Assembly: GCA_036172245.1 (NCBI GenBank)
Contig: JAYWIR010000003.1
Coordinates: 5,890,001 to 5,954,000, forward strand
Direction: 5' to 3'
From: Raillietiella orientalis
Taxonomy: Eukaryota
Length of the DNA stretch: 64,000 nucleotides
Each line of letters starts with the position of its first letter. Within the stretch, counting starts at the first letter, position 1. The notes beneath the pieces were generated by a model that did not search any database, was not told the origin of the DNA, and saw only the letters and a program-made list of their open reading frames with translations. The position numbers and the translations under genes are program-made. Positions 41,050-55,000 of the stretch are shown piece after piece.

Positions 41050-43559
41050 GAGGCAGGATGAAGAACATAAAACTTGTTTCAAATTACTATCACATTATTT
41101 TTGTCACATAATCATTTACTTTTTAAGTGTGTAATTAAATATTTCACACGATACTTACAAGATATTCTGAAGGACACGACATGATCAACTTGCCTTAAAT
41201 TTCTTGACATATCACGTTGCATATTTACGAGACATAGGTTGTTAAAGAAATGCATATTGCGAACGTTAATTACATTTGGCGGGAAGCAAATTTTCAGTAA
41301 TAATGCATAAATATATTTGACTGAAAATATATTCATATGGATATATTAAAAATATATTTGAAATACAGAAATATGCTAATTCGTTACAGTTTTTCGAATT
41401 TCCTATTAAAAAATATAGAAAAATGGAACTTTGATTTTGTGAATCAGTTGATTATAAAGAATGGAATTTCCAAATTTTTATCTCATGAAAGCTCATAATT
41501 TAATAACAAATTCCAAAAGTAAAATATATTGCGTATTTTGTTCTCTGTGATGCTGAATGCTCTTAAAGACTCTCGAAAACTTGAAAAACAATTATTTAGG
41601 ATATTGAAAAAAAATCAATGCGTCCTCTATGTCAGTTACATTAGAACCACGCAAAAATTTCTATTATTGTGCATTGTTTTCATTTTTTTTTAAAAAAAAA
41701 ATCGTATAATAAAGGCAGTAAAACATATTCTATATGCAAGATCTCTTGCAAACAGTGACAGCTGTAAATGATTGGATCTATAAAAACTCAGCGAGGAGGA
41801 CTAAACGAGAGGATAGAATTTTACTTATACAATTGTTCTCCATCACCGAGTAGATAAAAATTCTTTAGACAATAAGTGTGGAAGTTCCTTAGACTGAACT
41901 CTTTTGTTGGATGCTTTTTCTTTTTAGGTTTAAACACTTTTGTCCAATTAGTTCCGGATTATTGGATTACTAAATATAATCTTCCTAAATCTTACATAAG
42001 TAATCCAAGTTTAGTATGAATGAAGATTCTACAATGTCAAAACATATCTCAAATTAATCATATGAAAGGCTGTAAAAAATAAAACAAATGAATTTACACT
42101 TTGGAGAGACTTTTAGCATGGAAACACCTTTGATTCACGGCCATTTTGTAATATCCTCTTACAAAGTCGTTGAACAAATCATTACACATTCGATATTTTT
42201 TCTGCAAAAACATCTGATCTGATCTGATCATTTCATTATAAAAACTATTGAAATTCCATAATCTACAAATAAAAATTAAAGACGGAAAATATAAACAGCA
42301 TGTTGGTAATTGAAATTCAGAAAATTGGTCAGAGATTTCTGAGGAAATTAATGGAATGAGATTTTATAGTGATGCTAGAAATAACAGACTGGAACTTTAG
42401 AACAATGCACATTGAGAAAAGAAAATCTATATAGTAATACATGTGAATGCTATATTAATATGAACATGATGGGCTGCTTAAAAGGTTGACTTGCACTTCT
42501 AGTATAATCCCTGTGAAGGAAATAAATACGATTTTTAGTGTTCAAGATGAGAACATATAAATTTGATTTCTCTGAAACAGTGCTGTCCACCCTTATCATG
42601 TAATGAATTGTCCGTTTGTTTCCCCTTCACTTCGAATGACGTTCGGTTATAATTCCCACTACAAGCCACTGTGGGACAGCAAATGAATGGATTATGATAA
42701 CGAAAGAAACATTTGAAAAAGATTTAAAAGCTTTAATTAAACATCGTCGCAGACAAAATAGAAGTTAAGTTGGAAAATTTTTTGCTCCCTTTGCAAGATT
42801 TCTATTCCAATGTGTAATGCTGAGATCTTTAGAAAGCCACATTCATAGGACCTAGAATTGCAATACTAAGGCTTATCTCAATTTGAAAGTTTCTAAGAGA
42901 AGATCGTGGGATTATATATTAAGGAGAGACTCGAAATTACACCGGAATAGGAAGCAAATTTCGCTTCAATGCTCTGGTATGCCTCTGATAATGCAACGAA
43001 AAAAAAAAAAAAAAAAAAAACAGATTTCTCGTAAAATAGTTTCCCTGAACATCTCATGGGATTAAATCATATTACTTAGCCCTCGAAATGATAATACTTT
43101 TGCTCACCTTTCTATTTAGTTTGTACCCTCAAGTCTCTTCAAAAAAGGAATTCTATATTCAAAGAAAATCAGTGTCTGATATTTCTCCCCTCCCTCCCCC
43201 CTTTTTTAAATGTTAAACTGCTATTCGTGCTTGTTATTTATCCATTACACTTCTTGAGTACTGATTAAGAAATTACCTTAAGCATAATATAGGCATGCGC
43301 AGAAAAACTGATTAGTAATACATGATAGGTAATATTCATCACTTCATTATTTTCTACTCATGTAGCATAGAGTATTCTGTATCCATCATGCTGGGGTGGT
43401 AGCACAATTTCCTACTCATATCGTCTTGAGCTGTATTAGTCCAAATAACTTAGACTCATTCTAAGAGTAAAAAAATCCTTGGTACATTTCATTGGTTTCA
43501 TAGTTGGAACGTTCCATTTTTGTTGTTAATTCTTCACTCGGCTCAGTAATACTGACAAT

Positions 43560-44600
43560 CAATAGAAGCTTCTTCTTCGTCTTCTCGTATGCGGCCTCGC
43601 CGAAACTACCCAGTTACTTTGCATAGTGCTCTTGTGAACACTTCCTGTTTAGCTTTTGGATAATCCTCAACTCTAAATTTTTTGTTTTGGTCTGACTGCT
43701 TCCTGTTCTGCCATTCCATCTATCCTCATCAGATAACTCGTAGAAGCTTCGTTTTCTGGATGCACTGTCCTAGGGTTCTTGATGAATCAAATCGCAGAAT
43801 CAAATCGTGCATATGCATAAACAGTGCATAAATGTTACATTTGCAACTTATGTAATAGAGAATAGAGATTCCCTATTCGCAATCAGTGAACTCTCAGCAA
43901 CACAGAAACAATTTCAGTTCTCATGGTGTCTAGTTTTCCTGGCTAGAAGATTCCTGCTGCCTTTAATTCGCAAAACCCAAGTCGAGAATGGTACCTTAAG
44001 ATGTCAGCACATAGCAGAAAGTATATGTTTTGCTGTTTCATAATTACATTAGACATTTTCAACAGTCTCCTATTAACTTACCTGTCAATCAGACATTATT
44101 CTATTTCTATAAAACGGGAGCTTTTACTCTTTATATACGGAGGCATTCTTAATTCGTTCCTGCGTCAAAAACGTATCTCAACCCTCATTGTGTAACCATC
44201 ACAGCTCCTGCATAAGGATCGGCTCTGAAGTTTTCCACCGCCATACTATCAAATGTAGGTGTTGATAAAGAGACAGCCAAAAAACACACCAGTTTCGATA
44301 TGATTCATGAGAATTCCCTACAGTTCATATGCCTCAATTAAGTAGGAAAGTGGCACAGTCATCATACTGTCTTCAGAACGGCTTCTCTGCAGAATTCCTC
44401 GAGATCGATGCCGAATTCTTTTTATTCCTTCTCATTTTTTGAATATTGTGCTTGATAACTCTGGAGAGACGTTGATTCCTTTCGTTTGGCATTTTATATT
44501 ATCAGTGCTTCTATGATGGCGTTTTAGTCTTCAAGCTAGCCGGATGGAAGACTGTTAGACTTTAAAGAGCCCAGGCCACGTGGTGTACCTTTCATTGCTG
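43560..44600 (-). mobile_element. possible RTE-like LINE 3' relic
   Basis: Weak GxRxxGRP-like and WxxxGEAY-like remnants ending in a GAAGACGAAGAAGAAG tail on the minus strand. Confidence 0.2.
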
Positions 44601-45199
44601 TGCATAAAATTAGAAAATAACTCACTGTTTGACTGAGAAAACTGTATGCGTTATCGTGCAGGAATCTCCTCTTCAGTGCTTGGGAAGTTCTGCAGTTACA
44701 ATGTAGTGTTGCTTTCCTCCTATGCGTTCCTGCATCTGTGTTGCTTTTTTACAGATCTCAGACCTTTCCTCAGTTTGTATCGCTGATCGGTAAGAGAACA
44801 CTCCGTCATTGAATACCACCCAATGCAATGCACTGTTTCCATCAGCAAATTCGGTTCCTTCAGGATGTATGTCTTTTCCCTATGTTGTGTCGAGATTATT
44901 CTTCAACTTGGATTGCTCTTCCGGGTTCGCTTCCTCAGGGTAGGCAGTGCTTTTGTACAGTGTCCATTCATTTAAGAGTCTATTCGTGCGTCCTTCTACT
45001 CAGGGTACGTGCAACTCTGAGGTCTTTCTGGTTACTTCTGCTGCCTAGTATCCGCAATGAGGTTTGGTGTCGAGATTTTTTTCATTTTTCAGAACTGAAA
45101 TTTTTGAATCCAGAAGCAGCACATGAAGCTCCTAAGATTGTTGATCCATTCATCCGCTGAGGAGGGACTGCGCCTTTAAAAATTTGCCACCCAACTTTG

Positions 45200-46300
45200 C
45201 CTTATTCGTCAACTTGCAGATGAGATCTTGGTTTGCGAGCGTGTCTACAGGGTTCTCTGCTCCCAAAATTTAGTCTATGCACTCCAAGGAACATCCATCC
45301 GTCCATTTCCCGGAGTAGAACACACCCCGACGGAGAGTCCATTCCTAGGAGACGAAGGCTAGGTGTCACAGGAGATCTAGGTTTCCACCTTAGGGATGGT
45401 ACTCAGATTAAGTTCTCCCTCCCCTCTAGGCTCCTACAACCTTTGGTCCCTATGTTCCACTTTTTCCATTCCTTCAAAAAGGGTAGTCTCGGTTGGGCGG
45501 AGTATCCCTTTGCCTGTGATCACAAGGAAAGACACCGTTAGTTGTCGCATTCTTTCCCTCTGGCTAGTCTTCACGCTGAAGTACTACTCGTATTCACTTC
45601 TCTTTGGGAGTTGTTGTCTTAGCAGTACTTCCAGGTATCTCATGCTGTGTCATCATTTCATGACTAGAGAGACTCCACGACTAGAGAGACTCCACGAGCT
45701 CCTAGCATTCGCCATTGGTGATCCCATTCAGGTCGTATTTTATAGATTCATCTTTCTAAGTTTATTGCTTTTGCAGAATGATGCAGCCCCGCTTCCATCT
45801 TCTGATGAAGAAACAGTGGAATTCGTCCTTGAGGACCATGCTGGTCAGTCAACAGAGCTTCCAGTCTGGCATTTCCCACGAGTGGGAAGGACGTGCTTCC
45901 ACGATTCCTCAACAGGATACAACGATCTGGAAATTTTGACCGATTATCTAATACTTCGAAGTGGTCTTTGCTAGTTTTGCTGATTCTCCGCATTACCCGT
46001 CCATGATGAATTTGTTCCTGAAATCGGAGAGATTGCATCCTCCCGCACCCACAATTTCTGCATAGCGTGAGCCCCACCTCCTTCTCCCGTTTCCAATGTG
46101 CCTTCCAAGGACAGTAGTCACGAAGCTTGTTTTTCGTTTGCACTTCTCTCCATAAACTTTCATGATCCTCAGTTTCCAAGCCACTGAGCATCTTCTCGGC
46201 AGAACCAAGCTCAACCTCCTCTTTTCGCCACTGTAATTAAATGTCTGTTTCCAAGTCCAACAAGCGATTTCCTCGGAGCCCGCTGCCCCAACTCAAAGGA
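45200..46300 (-). mobile_element. Ty3/Gypsy integrase relic
   Basis: KLRDYCPWK..LCRNC..HFEVLD resembles the HHCC Zn finger and the start of the rve domain; downstream motifs are decayed. Confidence 0.35.
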
Positions 46301-47849
46301 CACTGGGTGATACCGCTGCAGTGACTGAAAGTAATGGCGCCATCACACACATAAAGGAGCTGCCATTTTTTTTTGATTGCTCGCATGGCGGAAACACTCG
46401 ACCCTTTAGATGGCAGGACATCGAAAGAGATGTGAGCTACAGTTTTCCGGACCAACGAATCAAGAATATTCCAAGATATAACTATATTCTAAGAATGCAG
46501 CAGGCATGTCACCGGACTTTGCTTGCCCCTCTACGGGATATGATTCGAGCACTCATCTTTCTTCATTCAGGCGTTTTGTCCTCACGGATTCCTTATCAGA
46601 GATAACTGTGTTCTCCTGTTCTGGTCAGGATCCTCCACCTGTTTTCAGTTACAAACAGGCTTTATCGTATTCGTCCTGTAAGATTTCGTCAGCTCTGAAA
46701 GCATACAGAACTGACATTTGTGCGAGTGGAAACACAAAGACGTAAAGTCCCAATCACGAGAAGGTACGTAACTAAGGAAACGAAAATACCGAATCTCAAA
46801 GAATATCAAAGAATACCGCATATCAAAGAATAGCTGACAAAATCAGCTTCCTCTCGATGGGAATTAAGACATTTCCAGAGTTCAGTTTACAGAGTTGGAA
46901 ATGAAGTGGACGCTGGTCATGTTTTAGCTTTCGGCTTCCTTAGAAGAAGAAATCTGAGGGATACTTACAGTGAAGCCTCAAAGGATAGGAAATGAATGCT
47001 CAAATTTTTCATTTCAGCATTCAAGGGATTCCGCTCGTTTAGCTACTAACGGGAAGCAAACTCTTTCTGACAGGTGACATCGATTTCAAAAGAACGCCAC
47101 AAGAAGTAAAAATGGCATCGATAAGCCACTGGGTGAATGTGCCTCTGATGCAGAAGAACGATGCTGCAGCAATCGACGTGGGTGTCACGATGCAGTTATC
47201 ATGAAAAGACAATGAATCTCAGAATGAACAGCAGTGGTCCACCAAGGATTTGAGTAGAAAGTCAGCTTCCTATCGAAAACCCGGATTTCCTATGTGATTC
47301 CTACGTATTTCATTGATTTACATGAATGGAGTACGTTAAGGAGAGGGCCGTAAGTTATGTCTTCAAACTTGGTGACTGCCCAAATAATTACGTGCTAAAC
47401 AAACACGCTTGCTGCATGAACTCATTTTAGGCGAATGCTTGCAAACATCCACTGCTTTATATTTCCAAGTCGACGCCAGGTCGGAGCATTTCTATTTCCA
47501 AATACTCGGACCTGGAGTCTTCTCCGGAAAGCTCGAGATGGTCAAGTGTGTGGGAAGATTCAGAGGAGCTGTTTAAAGCAAATTAAAAGCCCAATCAGCA
47601 GGAAAGTTCAACCCTGAATATTCAGATGAACAGTTGAAAACACTCAGAACTGGCATCGTAACAAAGTTGGGAATCGGAAAACAACGGAGAACCCCGGGAA
47701 GGGAGGCGAAAATTGTAAAATCCTCATCATCCCATTCCATTTTTCTTTCCCGTCTTAATGCAGCACGGTTGCAAAGCGTCGAGAAAAACGGCAAACTCTA
47801 TGAGTCTATTTATCATGATCCAAGAGAAGCTACACTCAGGTCACTGCAT

Positions 47850-49893
47850 TTTCTCCACATGAGTTTAAAGTGCAGGTGTTTCACACGAGGAAAGAGACGA
47901 CCGAAGAAAGTTAGGATTAACTGACTGACCATAGAACGAGGATGCAAGCGGCATGGGCTGGAGATAATACAGATGGACGAACGTGTACAGACGCCTTCAC
48001 TCACATTGAGCTAAATGCAACGACCAAGAGATCATTTTTTTTCTTCAAACAAGGATGCCCGTCAAGTTCTCTGCTTTCTATCACTGCCATTGAGTCAATC
48101 CTTGTAGTGTTGAGGGAAAGTGATGGCAAAGATGCCACCCTGGCAAACCCTGATGATCTGGCCATCTTCGAGATTCGGAGGATGGACTGAAGACACCCGC
48201 TGAGTCATTCTGAGAACCTGATTCAACGTTCGGGACTTACCATCAACCCAGAAAAAAGCTCCTCTTTCTAATACTCAGGAAAGACCTCCAAGGAACTAAA
48301 AACAATCTCCCTGGAAGTAGAAGGTGGAATGATGCCTACCCGAAGCATACCAGTATTGGGATAAACCGTCTGGAATTGAAGTTTTTTGTGCGATCGTGTG
48401 TGTCTTTTTGTGTCTTACTGGGTATTGAAGTTTTCGATACCCAAACCACCAAGGAAGAGACTCTGATTAGAAAAGAAAAAATCCTACTTCCTCCATTGGT
48501 AGGAACTGGATGCTCTAAAAGCCTTCTTTTGTCATAGTCTTGTACACTTCGAGGAGCTGTGTACACATCCAAAGGTCGACTGGAAGTACATCGACGAAGA
48601 AATTCATCGAATGGTCAAGAATCTCATGAGAATTCCATCCACCAAGGGCACCCAATCCGTATCCGTTGTATGATGATCGAAAGAAAGGCTGCCTGGAACT
48701 CATGCAGCTGTCGGATGAATCTGATGCCTTCATCATGAAGAAATTCTCTAGGCTGCTTAGTTCTCCCGACGTCACCATGAAGGGATTAGCTTTCGAGACC
48801 CTTCGAGAAGCGGTGCTTAAGAAGACTGTGCAACCATCATCGGAGAAAGACCTAAGAAGTTTCTTCTGTCCCATGAAACCAAAGGGAAATTTGCTAGAAG
48901 CGGCTAAAAATAAGCTGTGAACGCTCTGGAACCTGGCACTGGAACCTGGGAGTTGTTTGGTGAATGGTGAACCCAAAATGCACTTCCACGACATCGATTC
49001 TGAACCCACACCAAGAAAGAAATCCGCTGCTACACTGCCGGCTGCCCAGTGAGAACGCGCATAGGATGAACTGCCGCAAACAAGCATCCCAACCAAGGGA
49101 AGGCCATGATCTGCTCTTGGGCTCCATCGCAGTTCCAGCTACTTCATTGATTCCGGAGACTGTCTGAGGTTTTCGAACCACCGCTCCATCCATGCAGCAA
49201 GACTCCGTCTTCTTCCCCGTGGTGCGGGTGAAAGAGCAATTACGGGTCGCGCATGTCGGAGGTGGAACTGAGGGATGAGACTTCGCTTCCTATTTTGAAC
49301 CACTGCATCAGGCATTCTCCCCGGTACACAGCTAGGCACGACGCGATTGTACACAGAATACGCAACGTCGCTGCAGGATGGAGGATAGTCTCTGAGAACC
49401 AGAGTGCCCCTGGAGCAGTATCCAATCTGCGTCTTGACCGTGTGATCCAGAACGGCAACCGTCTGGTCATTCTGGATGCCTCCTGCCCGTTGCCAGAACG
49501 GTGATGCAGAGTTCAGTAGGGTCAGACCGTGAAAAAGAACACAAATATGTTGCCCAACCGATGATCGGAAGTGGATTGTCAAGCAAGGTCCGAGCCCTCA
49601 CTTGAGGGCTCACTAGGTCTCTGCGGTCACATGAATGATGGAGTTCTTCTTCGCAAGTTGGGAATTCCATCGCGATACACCAAAAAGTTGAGAGGCATCA
49701 TCCTCCAGATGATGCGGATCATCCAATGGAAGTTGCAGATGGAATGGAATCGGAAGAATGATAGCCAAGACGCACCAAGGGACGTCTAAGAGAAGACATC
49801 CGAGGGACATTCAATCTTCAGTCATAGGAAGGAAGATCATGCAGAGCGCTCCTTGTAATTTGTGCTACTGTTGCACCTTTTATTAAATGAAAA
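47850..49893 (+). mobile_element. Utopia (NeSL/R2 group, restriction-like endonuclease) non-LTR retrotransposon, 5'-truncated and decayed
   Basis: RT remnants KQGCP, LANPDDLAIF (YADD), GLTINPEKS; thumb LYDDRKKGCL; CCHC/RHN region ETSLPILNHC..RHDAIVHRI; REL LRLDRVI..VILDASCP; KEHKY. The 3' end ATTAAATGAAAA directly abuts U2 sequence. Confidence 0.85.
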
Positions 49894-50043
49894 TCTGTTC
49901 TTTTCAGCTTAACATCTGCAGACCACCTATCTGGTGGCTATAGTATATTAAGCTACTTTGGGGAAGTGGACGGGATGCTTGGAGCTTGCTCCTCGCCCGT
50001 TGCGGGTTGACCCGGTATTGCAGTACCTCCGGACTCGGTCCAC
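49894..50043 (+). ncRNA. U2: U2 snRNA 3' portion (about nt 39 to end), disrupted/pseudogene
   Basis: TCTGTTCTTTTCAGCTTAACATCTG (stem IIa region), CCACC-TATCT-GGTGG (stem IIb), GGAGCTTGCTCC (stem III), CCGGTATTGCAGTACCTCCGG (stem-loop IV). The Sm site reads ACTTTGG rather than ATTTTTGG. Confidence 0.93.
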
Positions 50044-52699
50044 TACTCCCCTTTACGGGAGGACAGCCGCACAAATTCAAGAGGAGATCCGTATCCCGTC
50101 CTCTTGCCAATTCGTCTAATGAAGGAAATATTATGTTTAAAAACCCTACTGGGTAATGGGGCACTAAGCCACACGAGATGGAAATGAGATCTGTTTCTAA
50201 ACAGTGCTCATTTTCACCTGGGACAGATAGATGTTCTTTGATGATGTTCTTTCACGGTGGGCACATGGAAAATTCCTCTCCACCTCCTCCAGATCGAACC
50301 CAAACATCTCATCCCATTTGCATGTCATTTAATTGGCACAGATGTTTCCCGTGAAATTTCTCACGCTTCCTCCAATTCGTGGGAATTGGCGCGCGGAAGG
50401 GGTAACCACACAGAGTAACATTTGCAGAATGAGACTGCACTTTGTCAGATGAGGCGAGAAATGTTGCGGAAAACTTTTACATCTTTGTTTCTATCTCTCA
50501 GGGAAAAAAAATCTGCTTTTTTTCTCCCTCTCATTAGCCGTAATAATTATTCTTTCAGCCGGCACTCACCAAATAATCAGATACTTTCTTAGTTCTCCAA
50601 GACTGTGTTATTTCTCCATGTGCTAGTTTGATGTCTTGTGTTCTGGCAATGTTGTTGATGTTCTGCATTCTGAGCTGAAGGCATATCGCGCCGATGATCA
50701 TTTCATCTGATGGTTCTCCTCAACACTGACTTATCCTGCCCTCTTTTCGGTGCCTAATCTCCAATTCGAATTTCTTCATTGCTAGTTCATGTGACCTTGT
50801 GTCAAAGTTGGCATTCTCTTGAAACTTTCTAGCAACTAGTCTAGAAATCTGAAACTGCAGTCAGCTTTCCATGCCACTCGACCACGGATTCTTTTGGTCT
50901 TTAAGCTCTTAGCGGTTCACAGTGTCAATTACTTCTGCGGTTCCCTCTGAAGCTGTAGAGGACAAGGCAAAGATTGCTCAAAGAAGCTTTCCTGGCTGCC
51001 GTAGAACAGAGGCGTGCAGTCTTTAATTCGAATCCTTGATTCCTCGACCCCTAAATCCCCACTTTCTCGACGCATAGTGCGAACTGGTTTGTGCTCCTCA
51101 ACTAGAAAGATAGAGCCGCTCCATTGAAGTCCCAACACTTCCTGATAGGCTCTGCCGTTCTGAATTCGGTGTGGTTTTCAGAGTCCAAGGATCGCTGCCT
51201 ATCGCTGCAATGTTTGGCACGTCATTTCGGAAAAGGAGGGGATTTTCCACGAGGCACATGCTTATTCAAAAAAGAATCACAGGTATGCGATTTTCCAATC
51301 ACAGTAAAAAGCCTTGCCATGGTGCGTACGCAATTTCTTTCCACTACTTTCGATTTTTACTTGGAAGACTTATTATTACTGATTTCGAATCGCGTTAATA
51401 CAAATCGCGGCTATGGTTCGTTTGAAACGCTGGTGAAACTTTGTAAGGGAATGTTGTCGCAAAAGGTTCAGAAGCAAGCCGTTATCACGAAGGTGAACTC
51501 GAAACGTCTCTCCCCGAATTCAGCATCATCATGAACTGCCATCCGTGTTCCTCAATTTATCAAAGAATTCATTTGTACGATAGAACACCGTTGCGTAAAT
51601 AGAAGCTGATTCATCTCCCCCATTGTGTTTAGACTGGCGTGTCTGTATCGTTCATGGTTTATTCTGTTTGAAGAAGGTGAGGACCATGGTCACAGAGCAA
51701 TCAGGTGTGGGGAGGCCATAAGCTAATCTTCCCCGTGAGCTCGAAGAAGCACAATCACTGGGATGTTCCCGATTTGGAGGCGCTTAGATGTTTATCCGAA
51801 ATACGATCTTCGTCGTCGACGGGTAAGCGTTCGTGTTCCACGGGATCATGGAAAGAGCTGGTCACAAGCTTGGACAGATCCCGTTCCTTGAACATGATTG
51901 TCTCCCGACTGTGGATGTAGTCGATGGTTTACGCAGTGGCGCTGTTGGTGCAGTTTCCCACCATCGGACCATGAACGTAAGAACCGCCAATCACATGATG
52001 GGAAAATTGTGACGCAACGACATAAAAACAGCAACAGAAATTTTCTTATTAACTCCCCAAAGATGTGATGCATTGCACTGAGCAGATACATGAGATCGTT
52101 TTAGTTTATGGGTTTTCAGCCACTACATAGTCCCCTGAGATTTGTCGATGAAATATAAAAAACGCGGTCCAAACATCGAATCTGTTTTCTCAACACCCAC
52201 GATATGTTTTTCCATATTCTCCCAAATGCTTCTTGGCCATTCCTTTTTCCTGGTTTGGTGAAGAGTTCATTTCTCCTACAGAAGTGCTTTCCCCCCCCCC
52301 CTTCCCCTCTTGCAAATGGGATGGCCGATTCAGCATCAGTTCCTTTCCTGATTGCATTTCGTAAGCAGATGGTCAGCGTAAGCTGCTTCCAGGACTCCGG
52401 CACGTTTTGTTTTCCTTTTCTTTCGCCACTAATTGACTGGCGCAACTGGCGCTTTCCATGGTTTCCTTGTTGCAACGGTTTGTACAAGCTTCAAGATGTT
52501 CTGGAGCGAGTCAACAAGCACTTGCATGTGTGTGTTTTTTTCCTCTTCTGCTCAATCAGTATTTCAGGAGGCTTCCAGCTACGTGAACGCGTTTTAAGTA
52601 GTCTTCTTTGTCGCATCTGTCTCCTTGTGACCCTAACCCTGAAAAAAGGCTCTCACCTGTTGTACTTTTTCTTTCTAGCTTTTCCTTTCTGGATGCAGT

Positions 52700-55000
52700 A
52701 GGATTGGATGAAGCCGCAACGTATGACATGTACATGGCATCAGTGCTATTCCTCTGTACGGTAGGCAGGGATTGGGCATTTTTACAATGCATCCAAGAGT
52801 TCAGCTTTTCATTGGTCATCTGAGCTCGTTGGCACACGAGGAAGATGGACAGGAAACCACGTGGAGGAAGCTTTGCTGGGAATTCAGGATATCCATTATA
52901 TCCAGATAACGACCGTTTTTCTGTTCTGACGAAGATAAGAAGGCTTCGAGATCATGACAAATGCACAACTGTTCTCCATTCCCTCAGGAATATCGCCAGA
53001 CCCCTTCTGGAAACGGAGGATGTTCCTTTGATGATTTGAATGGTCTTTCTTCTCCCGCAGTTTTGAAATGATTTTGTGGAATCGATCCCATCGTGCAGCT
53101 TCTCAAGATGGCTGAGTGGCGTGCAGCAGTGCGCTTCGTCCCTGGTCGGAGAGAAGCGTGTGGTCGAACTGTGACACGCTCTTGGTTTGCTAGGAATGGC
53201 AACCATCTTTCTGGTCGGTGTCATCTTTTCGACGTGTTCAGGCCTTCTTTCCAGATGTAGCCTTTTGGGGGGAAGGTTCGCCTAAGTACTCAAGAAGCGC
53301 TGCTCCGCCCCCTCGGGGCATGGGCGCGGCTCGACTACTCTGCGACGTGGGGACTCACAAGGCTCTTCCTCTGTCCTTCATCCGAGGTGATCCTGAAGCG
53401 GACAGTGATTTTCACCCAGTTGCGCCAGGGCGTTTATTTGAAGAATAAATGACCAAAAAGTAGTAGGAGGATTAGAAATAACAGGAGTGGTAGTCCTGCC
53501 ACGTCCAAGGGTACTGGAAACCTGCCGAGATACCGGTACGCGGACAGGCGAGGCTCTACTCGGCAACAGAGGGAAGAGGAACAAACAAAAAGAAAACAAA
53601 ATACGGTAAACAAATAAACTTAAGAGCTTTAGTGGGAGAGGGAGGGGTTCAGAAAGAGATTACCTTCCTGAACCCACCACCACCACCACTAAAACTCTGA
53701 GTCATCTGAATCCTCTCAAGGATGCCCGAATAATTCCATCTCTGTGTGCCTCCGTTGGGGCCATCTTGCCATCCTCAGGAAACGAATGCTGAAGTAGCTG
53801 GCATCCTTGTCGCCCCGGTCTTTTTCGACGGCGCTCTAGAACGCTGCAATCTCGCGAAGGTGGCAAACAGGTGCTAGCCACGCGACTGGCGGCAGTGCAT
53901 CCCTCATGAAGAGGCGATTGAAAGAGTCTCTGGAGTTGTCCACTGGGATCCTGAGGGCCGTTGCGAAACGTTGCTATGGGAGCCGGAGGGCAATACAATC
54001 CACAAGCAGGTACCCGAGAGATTCTCTCTCTCCACACCTGCAGCTTCTGGAGCCCATACCCTCCGTTTTCCAGTGATGTTGGCGATAGTTGCACGGGAGA
54101 TCCCAGTTCAGTAGCAGAAGCGCTGACTCGTGTCAGTTGAAGAGAAGGTGTCCAAGAACCAAGAACACCGCGGGCAGCACCAGACCTGCTGGAGAGATTC
54201 CCAGGAGCTAGGACTAGCGGAGAAGGAAGACAGTGAAGAGTCCATTCGCTATTTCCAGTTGTCCGTCATCGAAGCATCCGGCTGCGACGGCCTCAAGCAG
54301 TGTCCTACCATTGCACACCCTAAGCCCGGAAACATCTCAGTGTCTTGCAGTGAACTGCTGCGCGCAGACGGCGTGGTCACACGGCCGCCGAAGCAGCTAT
54401 GTGGTTTCTTGTTCGTTGCTGTGATCTTCTGCGTACCCTGTTCGGAAGAAGAAAGATGATTTTGGATTACTGATCTTCGTTCCGTGGTACAAAGTCGGCC
54501 TTCATGTCCAGGCTTCCAAGTCTCAGACCTCCATGGCCTTCATGTTCATCTCCTTAATCCAGTCGGTCTTCAACCCTCTCCCTTCCCTGTGTAGAGAAAC
54601 AGTTTCATGATGTTTCGAAGGAGCAGTGTCATGTACGTGCTCAGAAAGGCGTCTGACTGAGGATAGCTCTTGGTCCCCAGGTTGAGTGCACTATCCCTGA
54701 TCCTGCCACTGAAAACCACACACCATCTTCCTGCACTGCCGTAATGCATTATCACAGTGCCACGGAAGAGCACGTGTTCTCACCTTCTGATTAGCATGAG
54801 CGGACCAAAAGCGTGCTCTTGATGGCCTCCTCAAATTCCATTGAGCTGACCAGACCTCCATCCTTCTGAAACGTCATGGCTGCATTCAGATGCTGCCTGG
54901 AGACATTTCGAGAAGAGTGTAACTGCTTCTTGCTCACGACTGCATCTGCCACTGTTTTCGCTCTCCATGTCATGACCAGTTTCTTAACAGCATCGATCAA
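52700..55000 (-). mobile_element. decayed Ty3/Gypsy pol relic (RNase H/integrase-like)
   Basis: LLNWDLP..GYGL (RNase H start-like) and IFLREWRTVVHLS (FxxxWGIxHxxSS) remnants in a GC-richer island. Confidence 0.3.

Noticed and set aside
45662..45695. 17-bp tandem duplication GACTAGAGAGACTCCAC x2
   Set aside because: Ordinary slippage duplication inside a TE relic.
49904..50164. Minus-strand ORF with a retroelement-like IYYSHQIGGLQM motif
   Set aside because: It is the antisense of the U2 snRNA sequence.
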